Counted from the stretch's first letter, positions 19,096-29,353 are shown. The stretch is 64,000 nt of DNA from an uncultured Clostridia bacterium (GCA_944387895.1 CALXGQ010000008.1:21921-85920); one strand, 5' to 3'. Numbers and translations: made by a program. The notes: a model not told the origin generated them from the letters alone.

Positions 19096-20457
19096 TCATT
19101 GCCGATTCTTCACTTTATAGATCGCCTGAGAAACCGAGGCGACCTTGATGATCTCGATTCCTTCAAAGGTTCCCTCCAGCCGATTTCGTGAAGGCACCAT
19201 TATGCGGGCAAAGCCAAGCTTTCTGGCTTCTCTGATACGTTTTTCCAAGAAGGATACAGCCCGCACTTCTCCGGAAAGGCCGATTTCCCCCACCGCGATC
19301 AGATCTCCCGGCATTTCAAAATCAGCAAAACCGGAAGCAATCGCCAAAACAACCGCCAGATCGGCGGCGGTTTCGGGAATGCGGAAGCCGCCGACTACAT
19401 TGACATATGCGTCCTGATTATACAAAACGTGGTTTGCCCGTTTCTCCAGAACGGCGATCAAAAGGGCCATCCGATTCAGATCGATCCCGCTTGCCATCCG
19501 CCGCGGAACCGGATAAGCGGTTTTGGAAACCAGAGCCTGAATCTCCGCCAATACCGGGCGCGTCCCTTCCAGAATACAGGTAACGCAGGTGCCCGGCACA
19601 TTCTCAGGCCGACCGTCCAGAAACATTTTGGAGGGGTTTTCCACCTCCCGGAGGCCCTCATTCTGCATATCGAAAACGCCGATCTCATTGGTGGATCCGA
19701 ACCGGTTTTTAACGGTTCGGAGAATGCGATAATTGAGATTTTTATCCCCTTCAAAATAGAGAACCGTATCCACCATATGTTCCAGAACCTTAGGCCCGGC
19801 AAGCGCCCCTTCTTTGGTTACGTGACCGATGATCAGAACCGTGATCCCCTGCTCTTTGGCCAAATGCATAAAAGCGGCGGTCGCCTCCCGGATCTGGGAA
19901 ACGCTTCCCGGCGTTCCGCTCGCCTGAGCGCAGACCATCGTCTGAATCGAATCTACGACCAAAAGATCCGGCTGATTTTCCAGGCAGGCGCTCAAAATCG
20001 TGTCCACGTCGGTTTCGCAGGCCAGATAGAGATTCTCGCTGCTCACCCGCAGCCGCTCCGCCCGCAGCTTGATCTGGCTCATCGATTCTTCACCGGAAAC
20101 ATAAAGAATCTTCTTGCTTTTCCCCAAATACTGGCAGATTTGCAGCAGAAGCGTTGATTTTCCGATCCCGGGATCACCGCCGACCAACGTAAGAGATCCA
20201 ACGACCAGCCCGCCGCCCAGCACGCGATCCAGCTCCCCAAGCCCAGTGGAAAAGCGCATCTCGCTTCCCCCTCTGATCGATTCGATCGGCTTGATTTCCA
20301 TCGCCCGGCCGCCTGCAAAAGAGCCGGCCGCCTGCGCCGGCTGGACAGTTTTTTCTTCAAATGTGCTCCATTCCCTGCATTGCGGACATTGGCCGTTCCA
20401 TTTCAAGCTCTCGTATCCGCACGCCGAACAGACAAATATCTGCTTGCTTTTCGGCAT
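19096..20457 (-). CDS. radA: DNA repair protein RadA/Sms
   Basis: N-terminal C4 zinc finger, GDPGIGKST, KNRFG and a Lon-like C-terminus. Confidence 0.97.
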   Translation of the reverse strand: MPKSKQIFVCSACGYESLKWNGQCPQCREWSTFEEKTVQPAQAAGSFAGGRAMEIKPIESIRGGSEMRFSTGLGELDRVLGGGLVVGSLTLVGGDPGIGKSTLLLQICQYLGKSKKILYVSGEESMSQIKLRAERLRVSSENLYLACETDVDTILSACLENQPDLLVVDSIQTMVCAQASGTPGSVSQIREATAAFMHLAKEQGITVLIIGHVTKEGALAGPKVLEHMVDTVLYFEGDKNLNYRILRTVKNRFGSTNEIGVFDMQNEGLREVENPSKMFLDGRPENVPGTCVTCILEGTRPVLAEIQALVSKTAYPVPRRMASGIDLNRMALLIAVLEKRANHVLYNQDAYVNVVGGFRIPETAADLAVVLAIASGFADFEMPGDLIAVGEIGLSGEVRAVSFLEKRIREARKLGFARIMVPSRNRLEGTFEGIEIIKVASVSQAIYKVKNRQ

Positions 20458-20488
20458 CTTTACAACCGCCTTTTATCACTTTTTTATT

Positions 20489-20517
20489 ATTTTACTTCAT
20501 TCCGGATATAAAGTCAA
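20489..20517 (-). promoter_or_regulatory. sigmaA promoter of radA
   Basis: TTGACT-17 nt-TAAAAT on the minus strand. Confidence 0.6.
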
Positions 20518-21215
20518 CTTTCGGCTGTCAAAACATCGGCGATGATCTGCGCCAACTGCATCTGATACTCCTCCGTTTTCAGTTTCTGCAGCTCTTCGGC
20601 GTTGGAAACAAAGCCGCATTCGATTAAAATCGATGGATTGCTTATGTTGGCAAAAAAATAAACATTCTTCGGTATGGTCTTGGTGGTCTTGGTATGATCC
20701 GGCTGAAGCCTTTCGTTCATTGCATGCTGAAGGGAATCCGCCAGTTTCTGCGCCTCCTCGCTGCCCTCCCCATAGAATACCTGAATGCCTTGAACCGAAC
20801 TGCTGGGATAGCTGTTCATATGAATACTGATGACTGGGATCGCAGGATTGGCGGCAGCGATGGCGATTCGGTTCCGGATATCCGAAACTTTTTTTGCGTG
20901 AATTGTTTCGCCCTCTGAAAAAATGCTGTTTTCATCGGTGCGCGTCAGGATGTGGTTTACGGACTTCTGGTTCAGCAGCTCTGAAACCTTCCGAATGATC
21001 GCAAGATTCAGCTCCGCCTCGGTCGTTCCGTCCGCGCCGACGGCGCCGCCGTCCGGGTTCCCGTGGCCGGCGTCCAGAATGAAACGGACGTTCTGCGCCG
21101 CCGTATTCCTGGCAAAAGAAAAATGCGGCAAAGATCCCGCAATCCATGTAAAAACGGCGCAGACCGCAAATACGGCGGCAATCCCGCGGATTTTCTTCAA
21201 AAGCACATCAATCAC
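20514..21215 (-). CDS. cwlD: N-acetylmuramoyl-L-alanine amidase, CwlD-like
   Basis: N-terminal membrane anchor, LDAGHG, EAELNL, SIHMN and LIECGFVSN; sigmaE-type promoter upstream. Confidence 0.8.
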   Translation of the reverse strand: MIDVLLKKIRGIAAVFAVCAVFTWIAGSLPHFSFARNTAAQNVRFILDAGHGNPDGGAVGADGTTEAELNLAIIRKVSELLNQKSVNHILTRTDENSIFSEGETIHAKKVSDIRNRIAIAAANPAIPVISIHMNSYPSSSVQGIQVFYGEGSEEAQKLADSLQHAMNERLQPDHTKTTKTIPKNVYFFANISNPSILIECGFVSNAEELQKLKTEEYQMQLAQIIADVLTAES

Positions 21216-21223
21216 CTCTCAAA

Positions 21224-21252
21224 AATATATGACTGTGTGCGCAAGGATATGA
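21224..21252 (-). promoter_or_regulatory. sigmaE-type promoter of cwlD
   Basis: TCATAT-15 nt-CATATATT on the minus strand. Confidence 0.72.
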
Positions 21253-21264
21253 AAAAGCCCGCAA

Positions 21265-21813
21265 TCACATGGATTGCGGGTCGTCCTTCTTCTTTTCAGC
21301 ATATTTTTTCCAGAGTTTTACCACGACATCGGAAATCATAAAGTTTTTGTATCCGGCAATATATCCCACCCAGGGGATCAGAATCATGGGCAAAAAGGCG
21401 AGCGCCATAACAAGAGGGCGGTGATTGGGGAATATATTGGCCATGGGCCAGGTCCAATACATATTGAAAATCATGAAGTAGGAATAGACGATCAGCGCGT
21501 TGGTGATCAGAAAAGCGGCATATAGGATCGCCACGGGGATCGCGGAAATCGCCCCGGCGACAGCGCCTTTATACCAGTAGCCGCGATAGGCGGGTTCCTT
21601 TTTCAGGCGGTTGGGATCCCGAAATCCGCTTTTGAATGCGGTATTATAGGTGATATAGCTGTAAAATCCGAAGCAGATGCAAAAGGCGATAACATAGCCG
21701 GTCAGGCTGTTCTTGAAGAGTACGGATACGCAGACCACCAGCATCCAGCCGGAAAAAACGCCGAGAAACTGATCCAGCAGCAGGGATCCCGCAGTTTTTA
21801 AAATATGTTTCAT
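21265..21813 (-). CDS. hypothetical integral membrane protein (about 4-5 TM helices)
   Basis: Several hydrophobic segments; starts 3 nt after the mutY stop. Confidence 0.75.
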   Translation of the reverse strand: MKHILKTAGSLLLDQFLGVFSGWMLVVCVSVLFKNSLTGYVIAFCICFGFYSYITYNTAFKSGFRDPNRLKKEPAYRGYWYKGAVAGAISAIPVAILYAAFLITNALIVYSYFMIFNMYWTWPMANIFPNHRPLVMALAFLPMILIPWVGYIAGYKNFMISDVVVKLWKKYAEKKKDDPQSM

Positions 21814-21816
21814 TTT

Positions 21817-22866
21817 TCATTCCTCATAACGCAAATTTTTCAAATGATTGGAGTAGCAGCGCAATGCGCTGGGGATCGCTTTCTGGAATAAAGCCTCCTC
21901 GATCGTCACCCATTCGTATCCGGGCGGCGCACAGGAAAGATGCAGCTCATATCCGATCATCTGCCACTCGATATGGGTAAACAGATGGGTGGAGGATTCC
22001 AGCCGGGTAATCCCGAGAAGCCCCTGAATGCGCTCTGCCAGCTCCTTTTCCGTTACAAAGCCGGGCAGGCTTGGAAATTCCCAGAGATTAGCAAGAAGCC
22101 CGGTTTCAGGGCGCCGGCTGAGGGCGATCTTATTGCCGCAGCGCAGGATCAGCACCGTTTTTTTATCGATCCTTCTCTTTTTCTTTTCCGCCTTGACGGG
22201 GATGCGGTCGATCAGGCCTTCCCTTTCAGCCGTGCAAAGAGCGCGCAGGGGGCACCGGGCGCAAAGGGGCGCGCCGTTGGGCAGACAGACGATCGCGCCC
22301 AGCTCCATCAGAGCCTGGGTAAAATCCGAAGTCTGATTGGGCGGATATACGCGGCGAAGCGCCGTTGCAAAATCTTTTTTGACCGCCGGGAGCATGATGT
22401 CGGAAAAAGAACCGGATACCCGTGAAAGAACGCGCAGGACATTGCCGTCGACGGCGGGAGTCGGCAGGCCGAGGGCAATGGAGCAAATTGCGCCGGCCGT
22501 ATATTCCCCAATGCCCGGAAGCGCCTTCCATCCTTCAAAATCCTTCGGAAAGCTTCCCGCTTCCACGATCCTGCAGGCGGCCTTCTGGAGATTGCGGGCC
22601 CGGCTGTAATACCCCAGCCCCTCCCACAGCTTCATTAGCTCGTCTTCCGGGCAATCCGCCAGGGCGTAAACGTCCGGCAGGCGCTCCATGAAGCGCAGAT
22701 AATAGGGGATCACCGGATCAACGCGGGTCTGCTGGAGCATGATTTCGGAAACCCAGACCCGATAAGGCGTTGGATCGTGGCGCCAGGGCAGATCGCGCTT
22801 ATTCATTTTGTACCATGCGACCAGCGGCTGAACCACCGGCTTTAAATCAAGCGATTGAATCTCCAT
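21817..22866 (-). CDS. mutY: A/G-specific adenine glycosylase
   Basis: VWVSEIMLQQT, WEGLGYYSRARN, HhH LPGIGEYTAGA, VDGNV and the 4Fe-4S cysteine cluster. Confidence 0.97.
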   Translation of the reverse strand: MEIQSLDLKPVVQPLVAWYKMNKRDLPWRHDPTPYRVWVSEIMLQQTRVDPVIPYYLRFMERLPDVYALADCPEDELMKLWEGLGYYSRARNLQKAACRIVEAGSFPKDFEGWKALPGIGEYTAGAICSIALGLPTPAVDGNVLRVLSRVSGSFSDIMLPAVKKDFATALRRVYPPNQTSDFTQALMELGAIVCLPNGAPLCARCPLRALCTAEREGLIDRIPVKAEKKKRRIDKKTVLILRCGNKIALSRRPETGLLANLWEFPSLPGFVTEKELAERIQGLLGITRLESSTHLFTHIEWQMIGYELHLSCAPPGYEWVTIEEALFQKAIPSALRCYSNHLKNLRYEE

Positions 22867-22948
22867 TTTTATCCCTTACTGTTTATTAAATAGATTATAT
22901 ATGATTTCAAAATAAATATCCATATCTTTTTTAAAAATATTTTGCTCT

Positions 22949-22992
22949 TTCGACAAATTACGGCAAAAAGCGCGGACGGCCTTTACTATAAT
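22949..22992 (+). promoter_or_regulatory. Spo0A-dependent spoIIE promoter (0A box plus -10)
   Basis: Perfect 0A box TTCGACA at 22949-22955, degenerate TACGGCA at 22959-22965, and TATAAT at 22987-22992, 21 nt after the second box. Confidence 0.7.
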
Positions 22993-23023
22993 GGGAAAAA
23001 ACGACGTAAAAAGGAGCGTATCC

Positions 23024-25192
23024 ATGATCAAGGTCCGTCATCAATTCGACCGCGTCCAGCGAACTCTGGTTGCCGGGTTTTATTATTTTCTGCGCATAAC
23101 CCTTTCGCTGGTTCTCGGCTTTCTCTCTGCCAAATGTTCCCTGAGCGAGAATTTTTCTCCCTTTTCGCTGATTTTACTGTCTGTTAGCCCGGAGATCGGC
23201 CTGATCCCCACCTTTTGCTATCTCGGCGCTGCCTTCGGCGTTTTGCTGAATCCCTTTAATCTCTCCGTTTTCAAATACATCACAGCGCTCACCATGATTT
23301 ACGTCATCTACATGATCTTTCATAAATCCCTGAAGATCGAAAAGAAAGATACCGCCGTTCTCTCAGCCGCCTGCTGCTTTACCTCCGGATTTCTCTTCCT
23401 TCTGGTAGGGCAGCTGAATCTTTTTAATGTTCTGATCCTGATCGGGGAATGTATTTTAATCTGCTGCTGCATTTATTTTGTCACCTACGCCGTCCGCGCC
23501 TTTCGCCGGTGCTGCTACCTCTCATCACGGGAATTGATTGCCGCCGCCATCACGCTGATTTTGATTTTGGTATCGCTTCACAACGTATATTTCTTCAACA
23601 TGAGCGTAGCGCGGATCGTTTCCATTGCGCTGCTCTTTTTGGCTCTATGCTGCCTGAAAACCAGCCACACCGCCGTTTTGGGATCCTGTCTTGGGATTAT
23701 TCTTGCGGCGGTCGGGAACGGCGGAGAAGCCATTTTTTCAGCCGTTGTGGTCGGCACGCTGGTCTGCTGCGTTTTTTCGGCCTTCTCCGATCGGTTCGCG
23801 ATGGCGGCTTTCATTTTGGTATACTATGCCGTGCTGTTTTTTTTCGGCAAATTTCCCTGGAATTACTGGTATTTCGGCGAACCGCTCCTGGCCTTTGGCA
23901 TGGTGGCTCTGATCCCGAAAGCAAAGCTGCGCTCTTTCCTGTCGTCTTATATCGCCGTCAAAAAAAGCCGCAAGCAGGCCGACAAGGAAAAAACGCCGCA
24001 AAAACTGCTTGCCGCCTGCCGGGAAGACTGCGATATGATCTGCCCCAAAGCGGCGATTTGTTATGAAAAAAACGAGCCGGAGCTTTCGGAAGCTTTGGAG
24101 GCGCTTTCCGAGCGCTTTTTTCAGACCGATGAACTGGGCAGGATCGAGGATGCAATCCCCTTTTGCATCAAGCCCCGCGCCATGGCGGAGATCATCGAAA
24201 AACGTCTGGTTTCCAGCCAGTCGGAGGATTTTGAAGATCTGGTGGATCAGCTGAATCATCTTTCGCGCAAAATCGAATTGAAGATGGACGCCTCTGTTCG
24301 CTCCATCCGCTTTTTGACCGACGATGAGGAAAAAATCAGAAAAACGCTGGAAAAACGCGGGCTGACCGTCCGCGATATCAGCCTTTTTCTGGACGAACGG
24401 GGGAGCAAGCAATGCGAAATATATTTTACCGGAAACGGTGATCTGTTGTATGAAAACATTGTGCGCGAGGTGGTCGCGCCGCATTTTCCGATCGGATTCC
24501 TTTTGACCCTTAAAGAAAACGAGGGGATATTCACAGCGCGCATCCGGGAAAGCGCTCAATTCAGCATCACCTGCTGCGCTCTTTGCAAAACAAAAAAAGA
24601 CGAGCAGATCAGCGGCGATACCGCCATCGGCTTTTCGATCGGAAAAAGCCTTTATTATCTGGTTCTTGCGGACGGTATGGGAAGCGGAAAAGAGGCGGGT
24701 CTGCAAAGCGAGCTGGTGATCGGCACGATCCGAAAGCTGATCGCCGGCGGACTTTCTATTCCCGGCGCGCTGAAAATTTACCGTTCCGCCGCCCGGTTTC
24801 GCCGCAACGACGTCTTTACGACCGTGGATATCTGCGCCGTTGATCTGGACAGCGGAGCCGCGGATTTTTACAAAGCAGGCGCCTTCGACAGCTACCATAT
24901 CCACAACGGCAGACTGACGGTTCTGAGCGGCGGCGGAGTTCCGCTGGGGCTTTGTGAAAAAGACCGTCTGCGCCACCTGAGCGTGCAGCTTTCAGACGGA
25001 GATTATCTGATCCTGGCTTCAGACGGCCTGAGCGCACTGGAAGGGGATCTTGAAAAGGTTCTGACTGAAAGCATACAGGAAAATGTTCGGGATTTTGCCC
25101 GGAGAATCCTGAGAAGCTTATCTGAAAAATCAGAAAGCGGAAAAGACGACGTAACAGTCATGGTGTGCAAATTCCAGAAAAACGCTGAATAA
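23024..25192 (+). CDS. spoIIE: stage II sporulation protein E (membrane PP2C phosphatase)
   Basis: About 10 N-terminal TM helices, a Cys-containing middle domain, and C-terminal LADGMGSG, ILASDG and DDVTV. AAGGAG RBS before ATG 23024; 0A box upstream. Confidence 0.82.
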   Translation: MIKVRHQFDRVQRTLVAGFYYFLRITLSLVLGFLSAKCSLSENFSPFSLILLSVSPEIGLIPTFCYLGAAFGVLLNPFNLSVFKYITALTMIYVIYMIFHKSLKIEKKDTAVLSAACCFTSGFLFLLVGQLNLFNVLILIGECILICCCIYFVTYAVRAFRRCCYLSSRELIAAAITLILILVSLHNVYFFNMSVARIVSIALLFLALCCLKTSHTAVLGSCLGIILAAVGNGGEAIFSAVVVGTLVCCVFSAFSDRFAMAAFILVYYAVLFFFGKFPWNYWYFGEPLLAFGMVALIPKAKLRSFLSSYIAVKKSRKQADKEKTPQKLLAACREDCDMICPKAAICYEKNEPELSEALEALSERFFQTDELGRIEDAIPFCIKPRAMAEIIEKRLVSSQSEDFEDLVDQLNHLSRKIELKMDASVRSIRFLTDDEEKIRKTLEKRGLTVRDISLFLDERGSKQCEIYFTGNGDLLYENIVREVVAPHFPIGFLLTLKENEGIFTARIRESAQFSITCCALCKTKKDEQISGDTAIGFSIGKSLYYLVLADGMGSGKEAGLQSELVIGTIRKLIAGGLSIPGALKIYRSAARFRRNDVFTTVDICAVDLDSGAADFYKAGAFDSYHIHNGRLTVLSGGGVPLGLCEKDRLRHLSVQLSDGDYLILASDGLSALEGDLEKVLTESIQENVRDFARRILRSLSEKSESGKDDVTVMVCKFQKNAE

Positions 25193-25215
25193 GCCCCCTT
25201 CTTTTCAAAATACTA
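25187..25215 (+). promoter_or_regulatory. sigmaG/sigmaF-like forespore promoter
   Basis: GAATA-17 nt-AATACTA, compared with the sigmaG consensus GHATA-N17/18-CATACTA. Confidence 0.45.
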
Positions 25216-25231
25216 ACAAAGAGGTGTTGGT

Positions 25232-25483
25232 ATGATCAAAGGAGTCGGCAAACAAATAATCTTACTGAATAACACGGAGAGTGATCTTTTTGAACAGGCG
25301 ATCTTCATTCTTCGTTCCGGCGGCAAACCGCCCTATCAGGATGTGGTCAAGGAGTGCGAACGGATGATGAATCTTCATATCCGTGCAAAACGCCCCTCCC
25401 CTTCCAGAAACTGGTGGAAAATCGGTTTTTTTCTGTTGCTGTTCGCTGTTGTTCTGCTTTCGGTTTTAATCGTCATAAAATAA
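25232..25483 (+). CDS. small hypothetical protein with a C-terminal TM helix
   Basis: GAGGTG RBS; MIKGVGKQIILL...FEQAIFIL; hydrophobic C-terminus. Confidence 0.75.
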   Translation: MIKGVGKQIILLNNTESDLFEQAIFILRSGGKPPYQDVVKECERMMNLHIRAKRPSPSRNWWKIGFFLLLFAVVLLSVLIVIK

Positions 25484-25511
25484 AGATCCGGTTCTGCCGG
25501 ATCTTTATTAT

Positions 25512-26606
25512 TTATACGTTGAATCGGAAGAGGACGACGTCGCCGTCCTTCACCTCATATTCCTTTCCCTCACTTCGTACCAGCCCCTTTTCCCGGGCGG
25601 CCAGCATCGATCCACAGGCGATCAGATCATCATAGGCCACCACCTCGGCCCGGATAAAGCCGCGCTCAAAATCGCTGTGGATCTTCCCTGCGGCCTGAGG
25701 TGCTTTGGTTCCCTTCCGGATTGTCCAGGCCTTGGTTTCCATTTCGCCGCTTGTGATATAGCTGATCAGACCCAAAAGCCGATAACAGGCGGAAATCATC
25801 CGATCCAAACCGCTGTGTTCAAATCCAAGCTCAGCCAGAAACAGTTCTTTTTCTTCTTCGCTCAGTTCGCTGATTTCCTCCTCCAGCCGTGCGCAGATCA
25901 CCACCACCTCGGCATTTTCCCGGGCGGCGCGTTCCTGAACGGCGGCAATATAGGGATTGCTCAGTTTCCCGTTTTTAAAGTCCTCCTCGCATACATTGGC
26001 GGCATAAATGACAGGCTTATTGGTCAAAAGCGAAACGCTCTTCATCAGCTCCAGCTCGTCCTCGGTAAAAGAAACGGTGCTGACAAACCGCTCCTCCTCC
26101 AAAGCCGTTTTGATTTTATCAAACAGCTCCACCTCGGCAAGATGCTTTTTATCGCCCTTGGCCAGCTTCAGCGCACGGTCGCGCATCTTTTCCACCGCCT
26201 CAAGGTCGGAAAAAATCAGTTCAAGATTGATGGTATCCATATCACGGATGGGATCAACGGAGCCATCCACATGGACGATATTTTCATCCTCAAAGCAGCG
26301 GACAACATGGACAATGGCGTCGACCTCACGGATATTGCCGAGGAATTTATTGCCCAGTCCCTCACCTTTTGAAGCGCCCTTGACCAGCCCTGCAATATCC
26401 ACAAATTCGATCACCGCCGGGACTACGCGCTTGGAATGGTTCATTTCAGCCAAAACGTCCAGCCTTTTATCCGGAACGCATACCATCCCTACGTTGGGAT
26501 CGATGGTGCAGAAGGGATAGTTGGCGGACTGCGCCTTCGCATTTGTAATTGCGTTGAACAACGTGCTTTTCCCAACATTGGGAAGACCGACGATACCTAA
26601 TTTCAT
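25512..26606 (-). CDS. ychF: redox-regulated ATPase YchF (Obg family)
   Basis: [30 protein letters not shown] and a TGS domain. Confidence 0.97.
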   Translation of the reverse strand: MKLGIVGLPNVGKSTLFNAITNAKAQSANYPFCTIDPNVGMVCVPDKRLDVLAEMNHSKRVVPAVIEFVDIAGLVKGASKGEGLGNKFLGNIREVDAIVHVVRCFEDENIVHVDGSVDPIRDMDTINLELIFSDLEAVEKMRDRALKLAKGDKKHLAEVELFDKIKTALEEERFVSTVSFTEDELELMKSVSLLTNKPVIYAANVCEEDFKNGKLSNPYIAAVQERAARENAEVVVICARLEEEISELSEEEKELFLAELGFEHSGLDRMISACYRLLGLISYITSGEMETKAWTIRKGTKAPQAAGKIHSDFERGFIRAEVVAYDDLIACGSMLAAREKGLVRSEGKEYEVKDGDVVLFRFNV

Positions 26607-26620
26607 AAAATATAACCTCT

Positions 26621-28252
26621 CTATTTACTCTTTACTTCCTGTTCAAGCCGCTCAAAGAAGCGATCCCGCAGAGCAAGGAATTTTTCCGGCGCGTCCGCAA
26701 TACGCGAAAGGGTGACGGGAAATTCCTTTTTCAGCATGGAAACGATCCGTTCGTGACGGATAAAGCGCTCCAGCGCTTCCATGACGCGGATGTCCTGAAT
26801 GGCAAACAACAGCTGCTTCAGCCGGATAGAAGGGATCGGACCGGCCTGCGTTGGATAAACCAGAAAATCCGAGCCGGAAGGACGGCTGTTGGCTCCGTCC
26901 GCATTCCAAAAGGGATCAAAAGCGTCGCCGGACGGAGCAATATAATGATTGAACCACGGATGAAACATCCCGACAAGGTCATATCTGCGGCAAAGCAGAC
27001 CAAAGGCACGCACCCGAACGGAAGGAGAAGCGATCAGAAAATTCACCATATCCTTCGACGTATCGATATCCAGGCAGACCTCACGGTTGAGTATGTCCGT
27101 ATCCAAAAAACGCTCCATCTCGTGCAGAGGCACGATCGGCGTAGAAGCGAGGCCAAGATCATAAAAGCTTCGCCCGACCATAACGTCGGATATCCGATGC
27201 CTGGTTATCACATCTCTGATAATTGCGCGGCAGCGGGCATAGCGCTCTTCCTGCTCTACGGCAGGCGCGCAACTGATCTGAAAGCTGACCCGATCTTCCA
27301 TGCCGAGCTCTTTCAGGTGCTGCCTCAGCTTGCGGATAAATGATCGGATAAAGGTGGAGAATTTGGGGCTGAATACATCCTCTTCCGGCTCAAAAAGATC
27401 TTCTTCCCGCTGCTCGCGGATCACCTTCAGCTTCGGGCATTCCAGCGTTTCAAGAGAGGGAAAGATCGGCGGAAAGGTAAAGCTTTCGATTCCGTTTTTC
27501 CGCGCCAAAACCAGCCAGCTATCCAGCAGATCATAATGAAACGTGTACTTTCCCTTTTTCTCATTGATCTGCACAAGCTGAACCATTTCGCTTCCAACAA
27601 GGCGGCCGTTATAGGTAACGGGAAATATGGGCGTAATGATATTATTGATCCCATGCTCCGCCGCCAGAGAAAAATATTTCTCCAGATGGTCCCAATGGAG
27701 ATTGCAGAACATCGGATAGCGGTAATGCGCCGCGATGCTGCAGGGATCAATATACTGACAGTTGCGGAACCTCTGCTTTGGGAGCTGAATTGGCAGAACG
27801 TGCAGAAGAAAAGAGGAAACCAGCTCTTCCCCGCCGGTTTCAAAATGAATCCGCACTTCATAATCGCCCGGAAAATCCGCAATGACGCCGATCCACAGAA
27901 CCGTGAGGTTGCGGTTGACCGTCAGCGTACAGGGGCTTTCAAGAGGGATCAGCGCATCCGGCAGAAGGCACGGCTCATTTGCCAGATACTCCGGATAGGG
28001 ATCATCCTCCCGATGGGGCCAGCTCACCGGCGTTTGCGTCACCTGATACAGGAATACCCGTCCCAGATTCTCCTTGCGCACCGTTACGGCTTCGCCGCTT
28101 TCGCAATCGCTGTAAAGCACGATCTGATAAGCAAACTCCTCGCCGCACAGAGCGCTGGCTCTTTCATATGCCGGCTTGAACTCCCTGGTGCCGGGCCTTA
28201 TTTTTTCCAGACAGGATTGTTGAATGATATGTATCATCGGATTTATGCCCAA
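26621..28252 (-). CDS. DUF4091/GH123-like glycoside hydrolase homolog, apparently lacking the catalytic residues
   Basis: LLPDAL, LWIGV, HGINNIITP, SGSDFLVYP and SIRLKQL...QDIR match the DUF4091 pattern; the usual ISDEP reads ISCAP. Confidence 0.65.
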   Translation of the reverse strand: MGINPMIHIIQQSCLEKIRPGTREFKPAYERASALCGEEFAYQIVLYSDCESGEAVTVRKENLGRVFLYQVTQTPVSWPHREDDPYPEYLANEPCLLPDALIPLESPCTLTVNRNLTVLWIGVIADFPGDYEVRIHFETGGEELVSSFLLHVLPIQLPKQRFRNCQYIDPCSIAAHYRYPMFCNLHWDHLEKYFSLAAEHGINNIITPIFPVTYNGRLVGSEMVQLVQINEKKGKYTFHYDLLDSWLVLARKNGIESFTFPPIFPSLETLECPKLKVIREQREEDLFEPEEDVFSPKFSTFIRSFIRKLRQHLKELGMEDRVSFQISCAPAVEQEERYARCRAIIRDVITRHRISDVMVGRSFYDLGLASTPIVPLHEMERFLDTDILNREVCLDIDTSKDMVNFLIASPSVRVRAFGLLCRRYDLVGMFHPWFNHYIAPSGDAFDPFWNADGANSRPSGSDFLVYPTQAGPIPSIRLKQLLFAIQDIRVMEALERFIRHERIVSMLKKEFPVTLSRIADAPEKFLALRDRFFERLEQEVKSK

Positions 28253-29319
28253 AGCCCCTGATCCACAAGAGAGCGGATCGTTGCATTATGGCCGTCCAGC
28301 GTGGTGTTGAAATAAAATTTACCGTTTTTATCCGTCACAAAATAGTAGTAATCGGTATCGGTGGGGTTCAGCACGGCGTTGAGCGCTTCAGCACCGGGAC
28401 AATTCGTCGGCCCCACGGGCAGGCCGGAGCAGGTATAGGTATCATATGCCGCTCTCATCTCCTCGGAATATCCGTCAAGGGATTCCAGCGTTTCGGCATA
28501 GCTCGTCGTTGGATCGGATTGCAGACGCGGCAGGGATTGGGAATTCAGCCGGTTCCAAAAGACGGACGCCACACCGGTCATGGACTCCTCGCTGGGAGCT
28601 TCCGCCTGCACCACGGCTCCGAACGCGATGAATTCATTCAGCGAAAGACCCATTTCCTCCGCCTTTTTGATCTGATCCTCCGTGATGTATTCCGTAAAGG
28701 CCTTCAGCATCTCATCAACGATCTGGTGCGGCGTGACCGTATCCGCGCGAAATTCATAGGTGGCCGGGAAAAGATAGCCTTCCAGCTTATAGCCGATCAG
28801 GGATTGATCCCGCGCCTCCAGTTCATCGATGAAATCATAATCATAATCGTAGCTGTCCGCCGCCTTCAAAAATTCCTCGGCGGTGCACAGACCGGACTTG
28901 GCAACGATTTCCGCGATCTCGCGCACGGTCTTCCCCTCCGGGATCACGACCTTGACATAGTCCAGCATAACATCCGGTTCCATCAGCGCTTCGCAAAGCT
29001 CCCGATAGGACATATTGGCGTTTAAATAATAAATTCCGTTGTACCACACAAAATCCGGATAATTTTCCTTAATGTAGTTTAAGAACCGGGCCGATGAACA
29101 AATGATGCCGTTTTCCGCCAGCTCCGCAGCGACTTCATTTTCAAAATCGGTCTTTTCAATGGTGAGCGTATACGGAATGTCCTCCTGATTCCTGCCGGTC
29201 TTATCATAATAATACGGCAAATATCCCTTGATTTTCGGCACGGCAAAAATCAGGCCGACGATCACAAAAAGCAGAATAAAAGCCAAAAGACTCAGCAGCA
29301 GAATTTTTTTCTTCGTCAT
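28243..29319 (-). CDS. mltG: endolytic transglycosylase MltG (YceG-like)
   Basis: N-terminal TM helix, IPEG, LEGYLFPATY, VQAEA, LQSDPT, GLPVGP and YYYFV. Confidence 0.92.
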   Translation of the reverse strand: MTKKKILLLSLLAFILLFVIVGLIFAVPKIKGYLPYYYDKTGRNQEDIPYTLTIEKTDFENEVAAELAENGIICSSARFLNYIKENYPDFVWYNGIYYLNANMSYRELCEALMEPDVMLDYVKVVIPEGKTVREIAEIVAKSGLCTAEEFLKAADSYDYDYDFIDELEARDQSLIGYKLEGYLFPATYEFRADTVTPHQIVDEMLKAFTEYITEDQIKKAEEMGLSLNEFIAFGAVVQAEAPSEESMTGVASVFWNRLNSQSLPRLQSDPTTSYAETLESLDGYSEEMRAAYDTYTCSGLPVGPTNCPGAEALNAVLNPTDTDYYYFVTDKNGKFYFNTTLDGHNATIRSLVDQGLWA

Positions 29320-29353
29320 GGAGAGCCCTCCTAAAATATAAGCATATGAAAGA

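Noticed and set aside
20505-20520. CtsR operator at the radA promoter
   Set aside because: Only one imperfect heptad (AGTCAAC), which coincides with the -35 element; no tandem repeat.
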